Shown here piece after piece: positions 1-10,600 of a stretch of DNA of 64,000 bases. This DNA is from Longimicrobiales bacterium (GTDB taxonomy: Bacteria; Gemmatimonadota; Gemmatimonadetes; Longimicrobiales; Gaopeijiaceae): positions 864,001 to 928,000 of the forward strand of contig CBDBCF010000002.1 of assembly GCA_965202985.1 (NCBI GenBank), read 5' to 3'. The notes under the pieces are model-generated. The model was not told where the DNA came from and made no database searches. It saw only the letters and a program-made list of their open reading frames with translations. Position 1 is the first letter of the stretch; each line of letters starts with the position of its first letter. Position numbers and translations under genes: made by a program.

Positions 1-188
1 ATGGCGGACAGCTCTTCCCGCGCCATGGCCGCATAGCCCTCGTACTCCATGCCCGACACGGGCCTTCCCTCGTTGGCGTTGCGCACCACGCCCAAGAACA
101 GCGCCACCGCCCCGTCCTCCGGTCCGCCCACCTTGTCCAGCACGTCGTCCGCGCCGATCGGTTCGAAGGTGACGTCGCTCCAGGTCAT
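1..188 (-). CDS. moaE: Molybdopterin synthase catalytic subunit, N-terminal part (runs off window edge)
   Basis: Manual translation from ATG at 188: MTWSDVTFEPIGADDVLDKVGGPEDGAVALFLGVVRNANEGRPVSGMEYEGYAAMA, which is MoaE-like; directly downstream of moaD. Confidence 0.9.
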   Translation of the reverse strand, partial: MTWSDVTFEPIGADDVLDKVGGPEDGAVALFLGVVRNANEGRPVSGMEYEGYAAMAREELSA

Positions 189-190
189 CG

Positions 191-436
191 TCACCCTCCG
201 GCGACCGGCGGAATCAGGGCCACCTCGTCGCCATGGGAGAGCACCACGTCCAAGTCGGCGTAGCGTCGGTTCACGGCCACGGCCACCTGTCCGGGCAACA
301 TCGCCAGCCCGCCCCCGCGCCCGCGCAGCGCCTCCAGCAGCGCCTCCACGGTGGCTCGCTCGGGCAGCGACACCACGGCCTGCTCCGTTCCGGCCAGCTC
401 GCGATGGGCGGCGAAGAAGAGGACCGTCACGTCCAC
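191..436 (-). CDS. moaD: Molybdopterin synthase sulfur carrier subunit
   Basis: 81 aa, starts VTVLFFA, contains VAVN, ends DEVALIPPVAGG (C-terminal GG). Confidence 0.95.
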   Translation of the reverse strand: MDVTVLFFAAHRELAGTEQAVVSLPERATVEALLEALRGRGGGLAMLPGQVAVAVNRRYADLDVVLSHGDEVALIPPVAGG

Positions 437-452
437 GGAGGAGCCAAGCTCG

Positions 453-842
453 CTAGTAGCGGCGCTCGCCGCCGCGCCGGGGCGGCGCCGGGAAGGAGAT
501 GAACGCAGGGTCGTCAGGGTAGAGCGAGCTTGTCGACGGTTGGGGATCCGCCGCCCCTGGCCCTGCGGTGACGCTGTCGCGCAGCAGCTTGGACGGCTTG
601 AATACCGGTACGGATCGCGGCGGAACCTCTACCGGCTCTCCGCTCTGGGGGTTTCGGGCGGTGCGACCCGAGTACTCGCGCACCCGGAAGGAGCCGAAGC
701 CCCTGATCTCGATGCCCTCCCCGTGCACGAGAGCCTGCTTCATGGCGTTGAGGAAGCCGTCCACGACGAGGGCGCAGTCCCGCTTGGTGACCCCCGGCCC
801 TATGGCTTCGGCGACCTGTTCGACAAGGTCGGCTTTGGTCAT
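453..842 (-). CDS. HU/IHF family histone-like DNA-binding protein with C-terminal extension
   Basis: MTKADLVEQVA...IEIRGFGSF...RTARNPQSGEPVEVP...PVFKPSK. Confidence 0.92.
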   Translation of the reverse strand: MTKADLVEQVAEAIGPGVTKRDCALVVDGFLNAMKQALVHGEGIEIRGFGSFRVREYSGRTARNPQSGEPVEVPPRSVPVFKPSKLLRDSVTAGPGAADPQPSTSSLYPDDPAFISFPAPPRRGGERRY

Positions 843-897
843 TGCTGTGGCTCCCGGGAAGCTTGGATGGACAAACGACTGGGCGAAGAGCGCATCG

Positions 898-2064
898 TCA
901 GCCGCGTCGCGCGGCCATGAGGTCCACGAATTCGTCGAAGAGATAGCCGCTGTCCCGAGGGCCGGGCGCCGCCTCCGGGTGGTACTGCACGGCGATGACC
1001 GGAAGGCTGCGGTGGGCGATCCCCGCCACGGTTCCGTCGTACAGGTTTCTGTGCGTGATTCGGAGGTCGGGGGCCCCGGAGACCGCGTCGCCGTCGCCTT
1101 CGCCGCGAACCGCGAAGCCGTGGTTTTGGGAAGTGATCTCCACTGCGCCGCGATCGTGGTTCACGACCGGGTGGTTCGCGCCGTGATGGCCGAAGGGAAG
1201 CTTGAACGTCTTGCCCCCGAAGGCCCTCGCGATCAGCTGGTGTCCCAGGCAGATGCCGAAGACGGGCACGCCCGCCATCGCCACATCCCGGATCGCGTCG
1301 GCCGCCCGCGCCACCGCAGCCGGGTCGCCCGGGCCGTTGGAGACGAACAGGCCGTCGGGCTTCAGGGCCATGACTTCGGCCGCGTCCGTCGCGGCAGGCA
1401 AGACCGTCACCTTGCAGCCGCGCTCGGCCAGGTGCCGGGGCGAGCTGGCCTTGACGCCGAAGTCGAAGGCGGCCACGTGATACGCTTCTTGTTCCGTCGG
1501 CGGGATCACGTACGGCTCGCGCGCGGACACGCCGTGCGCCAGCTCCAACCCCTCCATGGGCGGATGGCTGCGGATGCGCTCCAGGAACTCCGCTTGCGGA
1601 ACTTCGGCGGGCGCGATTCCGCCGCGCATGGCGCCCGCGTTGCGGATGTGGCGGGTCAGTGCGCGCGTGTCCACGTCCTGGATGCCCACCACGCCGTGTC
1701 GGGCCAAGTAGTCCTGCAGCGTCTCCCGGCTGCGCCAAGAGCTAGGCGCCCGAGCCGCCTCGCGGACCACGAACCCCGCAGCTTGGGGGCCAGCCGATTC
1801 CTCGTCCTCCTCGTTCGTTCCGTAGTTGCCGATCAGGGGGCAGGTCATGACCACCACTTGTCCCGCGTAGGACGGGTCGGTGAGCACCTCCTGGTAGCCC
1901 GTCATCGCCGTGTTGAAGACGACTTCTCCCACCGCTGCGCCCGCTTGGCCCAGCGCGACCCCGTCGAAGCGCCGTCCGTCCTCCAGCTGCACGTAGGCCG
2001 GACAAAGCCCCGCCCGTCGGGGCGAGCGGGAGCGGCCAGCGGACGGAGCGGAAGACGCGGTCAT
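898..2064 (-). CDS. carA: Carbamoyl-phosphate synthase small subunit
   Basis: GEVVFNTAMTGYQEVLTDPSY, SNGPGDP, GICLGHQ, QYHPEA motifs. Confidence 0.97.
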   Translation of the reverse strand: MTASSAPSAGRSRSPRRAGLCPAYVQLEDGRRFDGVALGQAGAAVGEVVFNTAMTGYQEVLTDPSYAGQVVVMTCPLIGNYGTNEEDEESAGPQAAGFVVREAARAPSSWRSRETLQDYLARHGVVGIQDVDTRALTRHIRNAGAMRGGIAPAEVPQAEFLERIRSHPPMEGLELAHGVSAREPYVIPPTEQEAYHVAAFDFGVKASSPRHLAERGCKVTVLPAATDAAEVMALKPDGLFVSNGPGDPAAVARAADAIRDVAMAGVPVFGICLGHQLIARAFGGKTFKLPFGHHGANHPVVNHDRGAVEITSQNHGFAVRGEGDGDAVSGAPDLRITHRNLYDGTVAGIAHRSLPVIAVQYHPEAAPGPRDSGYLFDEFVDLMAARRG

Positions 2065-2158
2065 GGAGTCAAATGTAGGCCAGGGCCTTCCGGAGCGTCA
2101 AAGCGACCCGGTATCTTGGTCCGGCTCCGGCCTCCCCTTCCCCCTCGCCGAACCGGTG

Positions 2159-2758
2159 ATGCGACCCCGCGAAATGACAGCACCTTCGGCCGTCCAAGTC
2201 CACGCCGACGAGTCGTGCTTGGGCAACCAATTCAAGGGTCGCGACCGGCCCGGCGGCGCCGCGGCCTTGATGGAGCACTGGAAGGACGGTCTCTGGGTGC
2301 GCAGGGACGTGTGGACGTCCAGTCCTACCACGACCAACAACCAGATGGCCATTGCCAGCGCGATCCTTGCCTTGGACGCATTGAAGGAGCCGTGTCGGGT
2401 GCTCTTCGTGTCGGATTCCCAGTACTTGGTCAAGGGTGCATCGGAGTGGATGCCCGGCTGGAAGCGCCGAAACTGGAAGCGCAAGGGCGGCCCCATCGAG
2501 AACTTGTCGCTTTGGCGGCGGCTGGACCGGAGGGCGGCCGCGCACGACGTCTCGTGGCAGTGGGTCCGGGGCCACGCGGGCAACCCAAGGAACGAGTACG
2601 TCAACGACTTGGCAGTGCGGGCCGCGCGCGAGCAGTCCTCGGCGCCGGCGCCCGTGCCGTCGGGGTTCGAGGACTGGCTGAACCGGCAGCGGGAGGAGCG
2701 GGACCGCTACTGGGACTACATGGAGTTCGCGCCGCCGGGGTCGTCCACCCAGCCGTAG
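2159..2758 (+). CDS. rnhA: Ribonuclease HI (start uncertain: 2063/2159/2174)
   Basis: ADESCLGN, TTNNQM, SDSQYL, WKRRNWK, WVRGHAGNPRNEYVND. Confidence 0.9.
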   Translation: MRPREMTAPSAVQVHADESCLGNQFKGRDRPGGAAALMEHWKDGLWVRRDVWTSSPTTTNNQMAIASAILALDALKEPCRVLFVSDSQYLVKGASEWMPGWKRRNWKRKGGPIENLSLWRRLDRRAAAHDVSWQWVRGHAGNPRNEYVNDLAVRAAREQSSAPAPVPSGFEDWLNRQREERDRYWDYMEFAPPGSSTQP

Positions 2759-3411
2759 CCGAACTCGGCCCGCATCGCCGACACGAGCGGCGGGGCGGCT
2801 TCCGAAGTCGGGACGCGCCGCCCCAGCAACCGACTCAAGCTGGTCACCGGGCGGTTCGGTATGCCGCAGGGCACGATGGCACCGAAGTAGTCCAGGTCCG
2901 TGTCGGCGTTCAGAGCAAAGCCGTGGGACGTGATCCATCGCGACGACACCCGGACGCCTATCGCCGCGACTTTGGCGCCGTTCACCCAAACGCCGGTCCG
3001 CGAAGGGTCGCGCTCGCCTTCTAGGCCGAAGGCGCGAAGGGCGGCGACGAGGACGCGCTCCAGGCTTCGCAAGTAGGCGTGCAGGTCCTTGCGGTCGGGC
3101 TTGAGGTCGAGCACGGGGTAGCCCACGAGTTGTCCGGGACCGTGGTAGGTCACGTCACCGCCTCGCCGGACGCGGTGCAGGGCGATGCGGCGCGCGGCCA
3201 ACTCCGCCGGAGAGATCAAGACGTGCTCGGACCGGCCGGACGAACCCACGGTCACGACGTGAGGGTGCTCGAGCAGCAACAGCGTGTCGGGCGCGCGGCC
3301 CAGTCGGCGGCGTTCGACCAAGCGCGACTGGAGGGCGACGCCGTCCTCGTAGTCGAGCCGCCCCGGATATCGCACGGCCAAGGTGCGCCCGGCCCAGGAC
3401 GACGCGCTCAC
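2716..3411 (-). CDS. lipB: Lipoyl(octanoyl) transferase
   Basis: LLEHPHV, RGGDVTYHGPGQLVGYP, KVAAIG, SHGFALN, IVPCG. Confidence 0.96.
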   Translation of the reverse strand: MSASSWAGRTLAVRYPGRLDYEDGVALQSRLVERRRLGRAPDTLLLLEHPHVVTVGSSGRSEHVLISPAELAARRIALHRVRRGGDVTYHGPGQLVGYPVLDLKPDRKDLHAYLRSLERVLVAALRAFGLEGERDPSRTGVWVNGAKVAAIGVRVSSRWITSHGFALNADTDLDYFGAIVPCGIPNRPVTSLSRLLGRRVPTSEAAPPLVSAMRAEFGYGWVDDPGGANSM

Positions 3412-3424
3412 TGCCCGCCCCCGG

Positions 3425-4888
3425 TCAGGCGTCCTCGGGGAAATCCTCCATGAGCGCCTTGAGCTGCGACAGGAAACGGGCCGAGTCGGCGCCGTCCACG
3501 AGGCGGTGATCGTAGCCCAGCGAGAAGTAGGAACGCTTCCGGACGGCCAAGTAGTCCTGGCCCGTGTCGGGGTCCGCCAGCACGACTACGCGCTTGTCGA
3601 TCGAACCCGTGCCCAGGATCGCCGAAGTGCCCTTGGGAATGACGGGCATTCCCACCACGGTGCCCAAGACGCCCGGGTTGGTGATGGTGAAGGTGGCGCC
3701 TTGGATTTCGGCGGGGGCCAGCTGGCGGGAGCGCGCGCGCGCGGCCAAGTCGGCGATCTTGGTGGCGATGCCGACCAGGCCCAGGTGATCGGTGTCGTGA
3801 ACCACGGGGACGATGAGGCCGGGGTTCAGGTCCACGGCCAATCCGATTGCGACGGCGCCGCGGTGGACGATGTTGTTGCCGGACACGGTGCCGTTGATCG
3901 TCGGGAAGTCGCGCAGGAGGCGCGCGCACGCCCAGGCCGTGAACGCCGTGTAGGAGACGCGGGCGCCCTGCTCCGCCCACTTGGTCTTGTTGGCCCGGCG
4001 GAGGCGGTCCACGGCGGTGAAGTCGATCTCGATGACGGAGTGGACGTGGGGCGCGATCCGCTTGGCCAGCACCATGTGCTCGGCGGTCAAGCGGCGGACC
4101 TTGCTCATGGCCTCCACGTGATCGCCGTCCCGAACCGGGAAGGAGGGGTGGACGACTTCGCCGTGGTAGCGGTCCCAGAGGTCGTCGGCCGCCGGGGCGG
4201 TCGGAGACGGGACCGGTGCCGGGGCCGCGGGGGTCGGAGACGGGCCGGCGGGGGTCGGAGACGGGGTTGCAGCGGACGGCGCGGGCGTCGGCGCGACGGC
4301 GCCGCCCTTGTCGATGAAGGCCAGGATGTCCTGCTTGGTGACGCGCCCCAGGTGTCCGGTCCCCCCGACGCGCGCCAAGTCCACGCCGGCTTCGCTCGCG
4401 ATGCGCCGGACGACGGGGGTCGAGCGCGTGCGCAAGCGCTCTTCGCTCGTGGCCGTGCAGATCGGTTCGTCGTCGTCCGACTGCGGAGGCTGCGCGACTG
4501 GAGCCGCGGACGGGGCCGCGGAAGTCGGCGGTTGCGCAGGAGACGGCGGCTGCGCGGCCGACGCCGTCGCCCCGTTTGGTTCCTCTTGTTGCACCTCCGG
4601 CTCGGCTTCGGTCGCGGCGACGCCGTCGCTGTTGGCCGACCCGTCCGCCCCGGCGTCGATGAACGCCACGACCGTGCCAACCTCCACGGTCTCGCCCTCG
4701 GCGACCAGCACCTGGGACAGAACCCCGGCCGACGGCGCGGGGATTTCGGCATCCACCTTGTCGGTCGAGATCTCCAGGATCGGCTCGTCCCGCTCTATGG
4801 CGTCGCCGGGTTGCTTCAGCCACCGGGACACCGTGCCCTCGGCAATGGATTCGCCCATCTGAGGCATGGGAACTTCAATGCGCGACAC
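3425..4888 (-). CDS. 2-oxoacid dehydrogenase E2 (dihydrolipoamide acyltransferase), one lipoyl domain
   Basis: MPQMGES...EISTDKVD lipoyl domain, GTGHLGRVTKQD E3-binding domain, YDHRLVDG catalytic motif. Confidence 0.95.
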   Translation of the reverse strand: MSRIEVPMPQMGESIAEGTVSRWLKQPGDAIERDEPILEISTDKVDAEIPAPSAGVLSQVLVAEGETVEVGTVVAFIDAGADGSANSDGVAATEAEPEVQQEEPNGATASAAQPPSPAQPPTSAAPSAAPVAQPPQSDDDEPICTATSEERLRTRSTPVVRRIASEAGVDLARVGGTGHLGRVTKQDILAFIDKGGAVAPTPAPSAATPSPTPAGPSPTPAAPAPVPSPTAPAADDLWDRYHGEVVHPSFPVRDGDHVEAMSKVRRLTAEHMVLAKRIAPHVHSVIEIDFTAVDRLRRANKTKWAEQGARVSYTAFTAWACARLLRDFPTINGTVSGNNIVHRGAVAIGLAVDLNPGLIVPVVHDTDHLGLVGIATKIADLAARARSRQLAPAEIQGATFTITNPGVLGTVVGMPVIPKGTSAILGTGSIDKRVVVLADPDTGQDYLAVRKRSYFSLGYDHRLVDGADSARFLSQLKALMEDFPEDA

Positions 4889-4936
4889 GATCGTTCTCCC
4901 GTCGGCTTTGGCGTATGGCGTCGGTGCGCTGCGACG

Positions 4937-5959
4937 TCAGTATTCTACAAGGTAACGCGCCGCCGCCACCACATCGGCCACCGACGGCAGGAAGTAGTCC
5001 TCCAGGGCGCCGCTGTAGGGTACCGGCGAGTCGATCGCCGTGACGCGCAGAATCGGACCGTCCAGCCACTCGAACGCCCGTTCGTTCACGCGCATCGCGA
5101 TCTCGCCCGCGATGCCGCCCGTTCGGGTGTCCTCGTGAACGACCAGGAGCTTTCCCGTCTTCCGGACGGACCGGGCGATCGACTCCTCGTCCAGCGGCAA
5201 CAACGTTCGCAGATCCAAGACCTCGGCCTTGGTCCCTTCCTTGGCCAGCTCGGCGGCGGCGGCCAAGCAGTGGTGCACCATGAGGCCGTAGGCAACGATC
5301 GTGACGTCGCCTCCGTCCAACGCCTTCCGCGCCTTCCCCATCGGTATGGCGTAGTCCTCGCGGGGCAGCAGCTCCCGGCAGCGAGGCGCGCGGTAGAGTC
5401 CCTTGTGCTCCTCGAATATCACCGGTCCGTCGTCCCGGATGGCGCTCTTCAGAAGTCCCTTGGCGTCTCGCGGGTTCGACGGGTAGACGATCTTCAGGCC
5501 CGGCGTGTGGAAGAACGCCATCTCCACGTTCTGGGAGTGGAACGGGCCGCCGCGGGCGCCGCCGCCGACCGGCCCCCGCACGACCATGGGCAACGGGCCG
5601 GCCCCTCGGTACAGCGAGGTGGCCACGTAGTTGGTCAACACGTCGTAAGCCGGCGAGACGAAGTCCATGAACTGCATTTCCACAACGGGCCGGAGACCCA
5701 TGTGAGCGGCGCCGGCGGCGGCTCCGGTGAACCCCCCTTCGGAGATCGGCGCATCGACGACCCGGGCCGAGCCGAATCGATCCAAGAATCCTTGCGTGAC
5801 CTTGAAGGCGCCCCCGTAGACGCCGATGTCCTCGCCGATCAGGAACACGCGGTCGTCGCGTTCCATCTCTTCCCAGAGCGCCTCGGCGACGGCCTCGAGC
5901 AGGGTGGCCGGCTCGCCGGCGCGCGTGCGCCCAACCTGCGACGGGCGTTCGGCGGTCAA
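4937..5959 (-). CDS. 2-oxoacid dehydrogenase E1 beta subunit (probable TTG start at 5959)
   Basis: GEDIGVYGGAFKVT, DAPISE, EMQFMDF, GPFHSQ, DLRTLLPLD. Confidence 0.93.
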   Translation of the reverse strand: MTAERPSQVGRTRAGEPATLLEAVAEALWEEMERDDRVFLIGEDIGVYGGAFKVTQGFLDRFGSARVVDAPISEGGFTGAAAGAAHMGLRPVVEMQFMDFVSPAYDVLTNYVATSLYRGAGPLPMVVRGPVGGGARGGPFHSQNVEMAFFHTPGLKIVYPSNPRDAKGLLKSAIRDDGPVIFEEHKGLYRAPRCRELLPREDYAIPMGKARKALDGGDVTIVAYGLMVHHCLAAAAELAKEGTKAEVLDLRTLLPLDEESIARSVRKTGKLLVVHEDTRTGGIAGEIAMRVNERAFEWLDGPILRVTAIDSPVPYSGALEDYFLPSVADVVAAARYLVEY

Positions 5960-7089
5960 ATCGGCGCGCGCCCGGCGTACAGGGCATCTTCGGAGGCGCC
6001 GCCGCGCCCGGCGGGCGCGAGTTCGACGGCGTCCAGCGGCTGGCGGTCTCTGGGGTCCGGCGGTTCCCGTCGCGTCCAGGGCGGCAGCGGCGCCACGTCG
6101 GCGGTCACGCAGGCCAGAGCCGCCAGCGGACGGGGGTCGGGCTCCATATCCAGTCGGCTTGCCGCTTGCTCCACGTCGATCCTTGCGGTCCGCTCCAGCG
6201 CCTGGACGCGGCGGTCCGGCAGCCCGGCCCGCGCGGCCCAAGACGCCAAGTGGCCCCTGTCGCAGCAGGATTGGCCCGGCGGCACCGCAGGAAGCTCGCC
6301 CAAGACCGGACCTCGACCCGCGGCCGCCAGCGACCGCGCCTCTGCCGCCGCGCGCCACAGCTCCCGGCACGTGGCGGCGCCCAGCTCCACCACGGGGACG
6401 CCGTGGCCGCGGGCCACGTCCCGCAGGTCCGACCTCTCTTGGCCGGATCGGCCGCCGGCAGCGGGCTCCGCACCCGACGAGACCAGCACGACGACCAGCG
6501 GCGCGCGGGCTGCCGTCGCAACGCTCGCCCCCTCGTGCCACGCGCCGGACTCCAGCGCGCGGCGGTCCTCGAAGACCAACGCCGCCCGATCCTCCGACCC
6601 GCGCACGAACGCCAATGCCGCGCCGGCCAGCACCTGGGTCATGATCCCCCGACCCCCGCTCCATCCGAACAGGCCCCGGCGCAGGTCCGTCCAGCTCGCT
6701 CCGCCTGCCCGGGCGGCAGCCGGACTCGTGCCCCGGCGTCCGGCCCAGCGCAGGAACTCGAGCGAAGTCGCGCCGAAGGCCAACGACGGCCCGGGAGACG
6801 CGGGACCCGGAAAGCATGCGTCTCCCCGGCCGTCCGAGCGCGGGCGCATGGCGGAGGCGACAACGGTGGTCCGAACGTCCACTCGAAGGCCCTCCCAGTC
6901 GCTGGACAGCTGTCCTGCACGGGCCAGTTCGCGAACCTTGTCCTCCAGAAAGCGTGCCTGAAAGACGCGGTAGAGCACGTCTTCCACGGCACCGGCCTCT
7001 TCCACCGGACGGGCGTCCTCCGCGGCCTGGGGTCGTTCGCGTTCGTCACCGGCTTCGGCGGGGACCGCCGCCGCCGGTTCGGAAGTCAC
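5956..7089 (-). CDS. E1 alpha-like protein with degenerate ThDP-binding motif
   Basis: Lies before E1 beta; ARFLEDK and GAALA...GAWHEG segments are E1-alpha-like, but GDG and NN are absent. Confidence 0.7.
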   Translation of the reverse strand: MTSEPAAAVPAEAGDERERPQAAEDARPVEEAGAVEDVLYRVFQARFLEDKVRELARAGQLSSDWEGLRVDVRTTVVASAMRPRSDGRGDACFPGPASPGPSLAFGATSLEFLRWAGRRGTSPAAARAGGASWTDLRRGLFGWSGGRGIMTQVLAGAALAFVRGSEDRAALVFEDRRALESGAWHEGASVATAARAPLVVVLVSSGAEPAAGGRSGQERSDLRDVARGHGVPVVELGAATCRELWRAAAEARSLAAAGRGPVLGELPAVPPGQSCCDRGHLASWAARAGLPDRRVQALERTARIDVEQAASRLDMEPDPRPLAALACVTADVAPLPPWTRREPPDPRDRQPLDAVELAPAGRGGASEDALYAGRAPI

Positions 7090-7102
7090 GACGGGCGAGC
7101 GC

Positions 7103-7510
7103 CTAGACGCCGGGAGGGGGCTGTTCGCCGGAAGAGCCGTCGTCGGGCACGGGGGCCGCCTCTTCCGGGGGCGCGTCGGTCGATTCGTCGTCGGCTGCGG
7201 GCTCCATCCCGGGCAGGATCGGCTGCGGCACCGTGGGAACGGGCTCCGTCAAGCCTTCCAGCACCGAGGTGGGCGTCACGACTCTGGACGACATGATGGC
7301 AAGGACCAGCGAGACGGCCATGAATACGGAGCCTGCCGTCCATGTGGCCCGCGTCAAGAGGGTCGTGGCTTGCCGTCCGCCCAGCACGTCCGTGGCGGCG
7401 GCGCCGCCGCCCATGGCCGCCAAGCCGCCGCCCTTGCCGGCCTGCAGGAGGATGACCACGCCCAAGAAGATTCCGTCGAGGACCAGAAGTCCCAGCAGCA
7501 GGTTGTACAT
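7103..7510 (-). CDS. secG: Preprotein translocase subunit SecG
   Basis: VILLQAGKGGGLAAMGGG...LTRAT, two TM segments. Confidence 0.95.
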   Translation of the reverse strand: MYNLLLGLLVLDGIFLGVVILLQAGKGGGLAAMGGGAAATDVLGGRQATTLLTRATWTAGSVFMAVSLVLAIMSSRVVTPTSVLEGLTEPVPTVPQPILPGMEPAADDESTDAPPEEAAPVPDDGSSGEQPPPGV

Positions 7511-7549
7511 TCGTCACGTCGCTCGAGTTCGGGTTCGCAGGTCTGCCGA

Positions 7550-7578
7550 ATTGTGCTAGCGAGCGCCCGTCGCGTCAA
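7550..7578 (-). promoter_or_regulatory. Putative sigma70 promoter of secG
   Basis: TTGACG-17 bp-CACAAT on the minus strand, ~40 bp upstream of the secG ATG. Confidence 0.5.
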
Positions 7579-7672
7579 TCTTCGGTGGCGACGCGCCGGG
7601 GGAGCATCGACAACGACTCCCGACCCCGCGTCGCCAAGTGCGCGGTCCCCGAGCAGCTCCCGTCGAGCTGTC

Positions 7673-10600
7673 TTACTCGAAGGCGATCCTGCCCGAGAGG
7701 CCGATGCGGCGTTCCGGGGGCTGGACGCCGCTGGCGACGTGCTCGCCGAACAGGTCCATCATCAGGCGCAGGCCCGGGGCCGCGGGCTCTTGCCCCGTGG
7801 TCTCGCCGCCCAGCAGCGACCACCGCGTCCCCACGTTCACCCGATGGCCCGTCGGTCCCTCGCGGCTCCACCGTCCGAACGGCTTGACCTGAGCGCCGCC
7901 GGGCAGGGCGAGGCCGTAGCTCACTTCCATCGCCACGCGGTCGGGCGCCCAGCCCGGCGCGCTTGCGGGCGCCAGAACGCCGGCGCTTGCCGGAAGACCC
8001 AAGCCGGGCGGCGAGCCGGCGGCCGCGGTGCCATCAGCAGCCGACGCGCCCTGGGCCGACGGGTCGTCCGGGTTGTGAGCAAGACCCGTGCCTGCCGGAA
8101 CGCTCGCGCCGACCGGCCGCGCAATCCGGCCCGGCGCGCCGAAGCCGCCCGCGCCCGCGGTCCGCCACACGTCGGCGCCCCCCTGCCACAGCGTCCGCGC
8201 GCCGCCCCCGGCGTCGCCCCACGTCGGCTCGACCGAGAACGACAGCCCGCCGCCCTCGCCCTCGCCGCCCCCGCCCGGCTGCAACCTCAGCGAGAACCCC
8301 GCGCCCCAGTCCTTGAAGTCGCGCTCCTGGTGCACCAGCAGCGCGCGGCCCCGCGCCGTCACGCTGAACCCGCTGGCCTGGTGCGCCAACCCCACCTCGG
8401 CGCCCGCCTCCGCGCCCATACCCGTCTCCGCGTCGCCACCGTCGAAGCGACCCCCCACCTCGAACCGCGTCCGCATCGCCAGCCCGCCGCCCAGCTGCCA
8501 CTGGCCGCCGATCTCCGGCGCCAGTCGCACGCGCTGCGCGTCCGCCGTCACGCCCGCCAGCCCCGCCACGTCGTCCGACAAGATGCGAACCGCGAAGGCG
8601 TCCGCCTTCAGCGCCAACCCGCCCACGAGCTCCTGGCGCACGCCCAGCGCGCCCATGCGCATCTCCAAGTCGGTGTCGAAACGGCCGCCAGCCGACTCAT
8701 CGAGCGTCGCGTCGCCGCGGCCTGCGCCCGCCAAGCCCCACACGCCGAAGCCGCCGCTGGACGACCAGTGCAGGTAGGGGTACAGGCTGGTCAGGCGTGC
8801 GTCCACCGAGCCCGCGCCGTTGATGCGGCTGTCGAAGCCGGCTTCCATGTCGCTGCGCGAGCCCGCAAGGCCCATCAGCACGCCGGATGCGAACCGGTAG
8901 TCCAGCCCCAGGTAGGCGGAGCGCGTGCGGCCGTCCATGGCGAAGCCGTCTCGGGGACGGCCCTCGAACTCGCCCAGGTTCGCCTGGCCCCACACCGTCC
9001 AGCCCGACCGGACAGCTTCGCTGGCTGCCGAGCCGGCCGAGCCGCCGAACGACAGCTGGAACGAACTCTGCGAGCGCAGGCCGCGGGCGTCGACGGGGTT
9101 GAACGTCAGGCCGCCCCGGTCGGCGCGAGCGCCGCGCTCGGCATCGGCTTGCTGTTGGCCCTGGTAGGAGCCGCCCATGCCGCCTGCGCCGCCCGCTGTC
9201 GGTTGACCGAATGCACCGCCCCGGCCGTCGCCGAACAGCAGCGCGGCCAAGTCGACAGTCCCGCCGGCCGCGTCCGGCGAGCCGGGGTGCGCGATCTGCA
9301 GCCCCAGCAGGCCCGTCGCGCCCCGCACCAGCGACTCGAGGCCGCAATGGCCCGAGCCGCCTGCATCGCCGTTGCCGCCACCTGCGGCCTGGCCCGAGCC
9401 GCCCGCGGCGGCATTGCCCTGGCCGTCGTCGGCTTGACCGTGCACTGCGTTCGCAACGTCGGCGAAGCCGCCGGCGCCGAATGCATCCGAGCCGCCCGTG
9501 CCGCAGGCCAGCGACCGCCCGCCGAGCTGCATGTGCGACCGGCCCAGCGCGCCCGACGACCCCAGCCCCAACCGCCCGCCGATCGCATCCACCGTCTCCG
9601 TGCCCAGCGACCTGCCGAACGCCGCCAGCGTCAGCTCCAACGCACGCGCACGCTCCGACCGCGACGCCTCCACCGTCACCCGCACCTGCTGCACCGCCGA
9701 CAGCCCGCCCGGATCGCTCGCGCGTACCGTCACCACGGCCTCGCCGATCGCCTGCGGCGCGATCGACAACCGGCCCGCGCCCGTCACCGTCGCAGCCGCC
9801 ACGGCCGGTGACGACGATTCGACCGCGTACGCCAGCGCGTCGCCGTCCGGGTCCCGGAAGTACTGCCCCAACTCCTCTTCCACAGCGTCGCCGTACGCCT
9901 CGAGCGTCTTCGGCGACATCGCGCCCACGGCCTCCGGGCCCTCGTTCACGTCCAGAAGCGTCACCGTCACCGCCGCCTCGGCCGTCAGACCGCCCGCGTC
10001 CGTCGCCCGCACCATCAGCGCGAACGCCGGCGGACCCGCCTCGTAGTCTTCGCCGCTCCCCACGTAGCGCACCTCGCCCGTCCCAGCGTCCATCTCGAAC
10101 CGTGCGGCGTCGCCTTCGGCCAAGCTGTACGCCGGCGCGTCGCCGCGGTCCGGGTCCGTCGCTTCGACCAAGCCCAGCGTCAGCGGCCCGGCAGCGTTCT
10201 CCGCCAGCTCGAAAGCGTACGCCGAGTCCGCGAACGACGGCGCTTCGTTCACGTCCAGCAGCGCGACCGTCGCGGCGACCCGCGCCGCCAGTCCCTCGCC
10301 GTCGGTCGCCACCACCTCGAACTCCCAGGACGCCGGGCCCGCCTCGTAGTCCTCGCCCGCGCCCGCGTACCGCACCTCGCCCGTAACAGCGTCCACCTCG
10401 AAGAGCGCCGCGCCTTCGCCCGACAGGCTGTACACGAGCGTGTCCGCTCGGTCCGGGTCCGCCGCCTCGACCATCCCCAGAACCAACGGTCCGGCGACGT
10501 TCTCCTCGAACTCCCACTCGTAGCGCTCCGCAGCGAACACGGGCGCCTCGTTGCGGTCCAGCAGCGCCACCGTCACCCGCGCAGACGCCGCGATGCCGCC

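Noticed and set aside
4190..4270. Short repeats GGGGTCGGAGACGGG
   Set aside because: They encode the PSPTP linker of E2; ordinary low-complexity coding sequence
568..6961. Long plus-strand ORFs (818 aa, 1192 aa) and similar Arg/Ala/Pro-rich ORFs throughout
   Set aside because: Antisense or alternate-frame shadows of real genes, expected in high-GC DNA; no family motifs
7086..7110. tRNA-Leu often found after secG
   Set aside because: Only 13 bp separate secG from the next gene; no tRNA-like sequence
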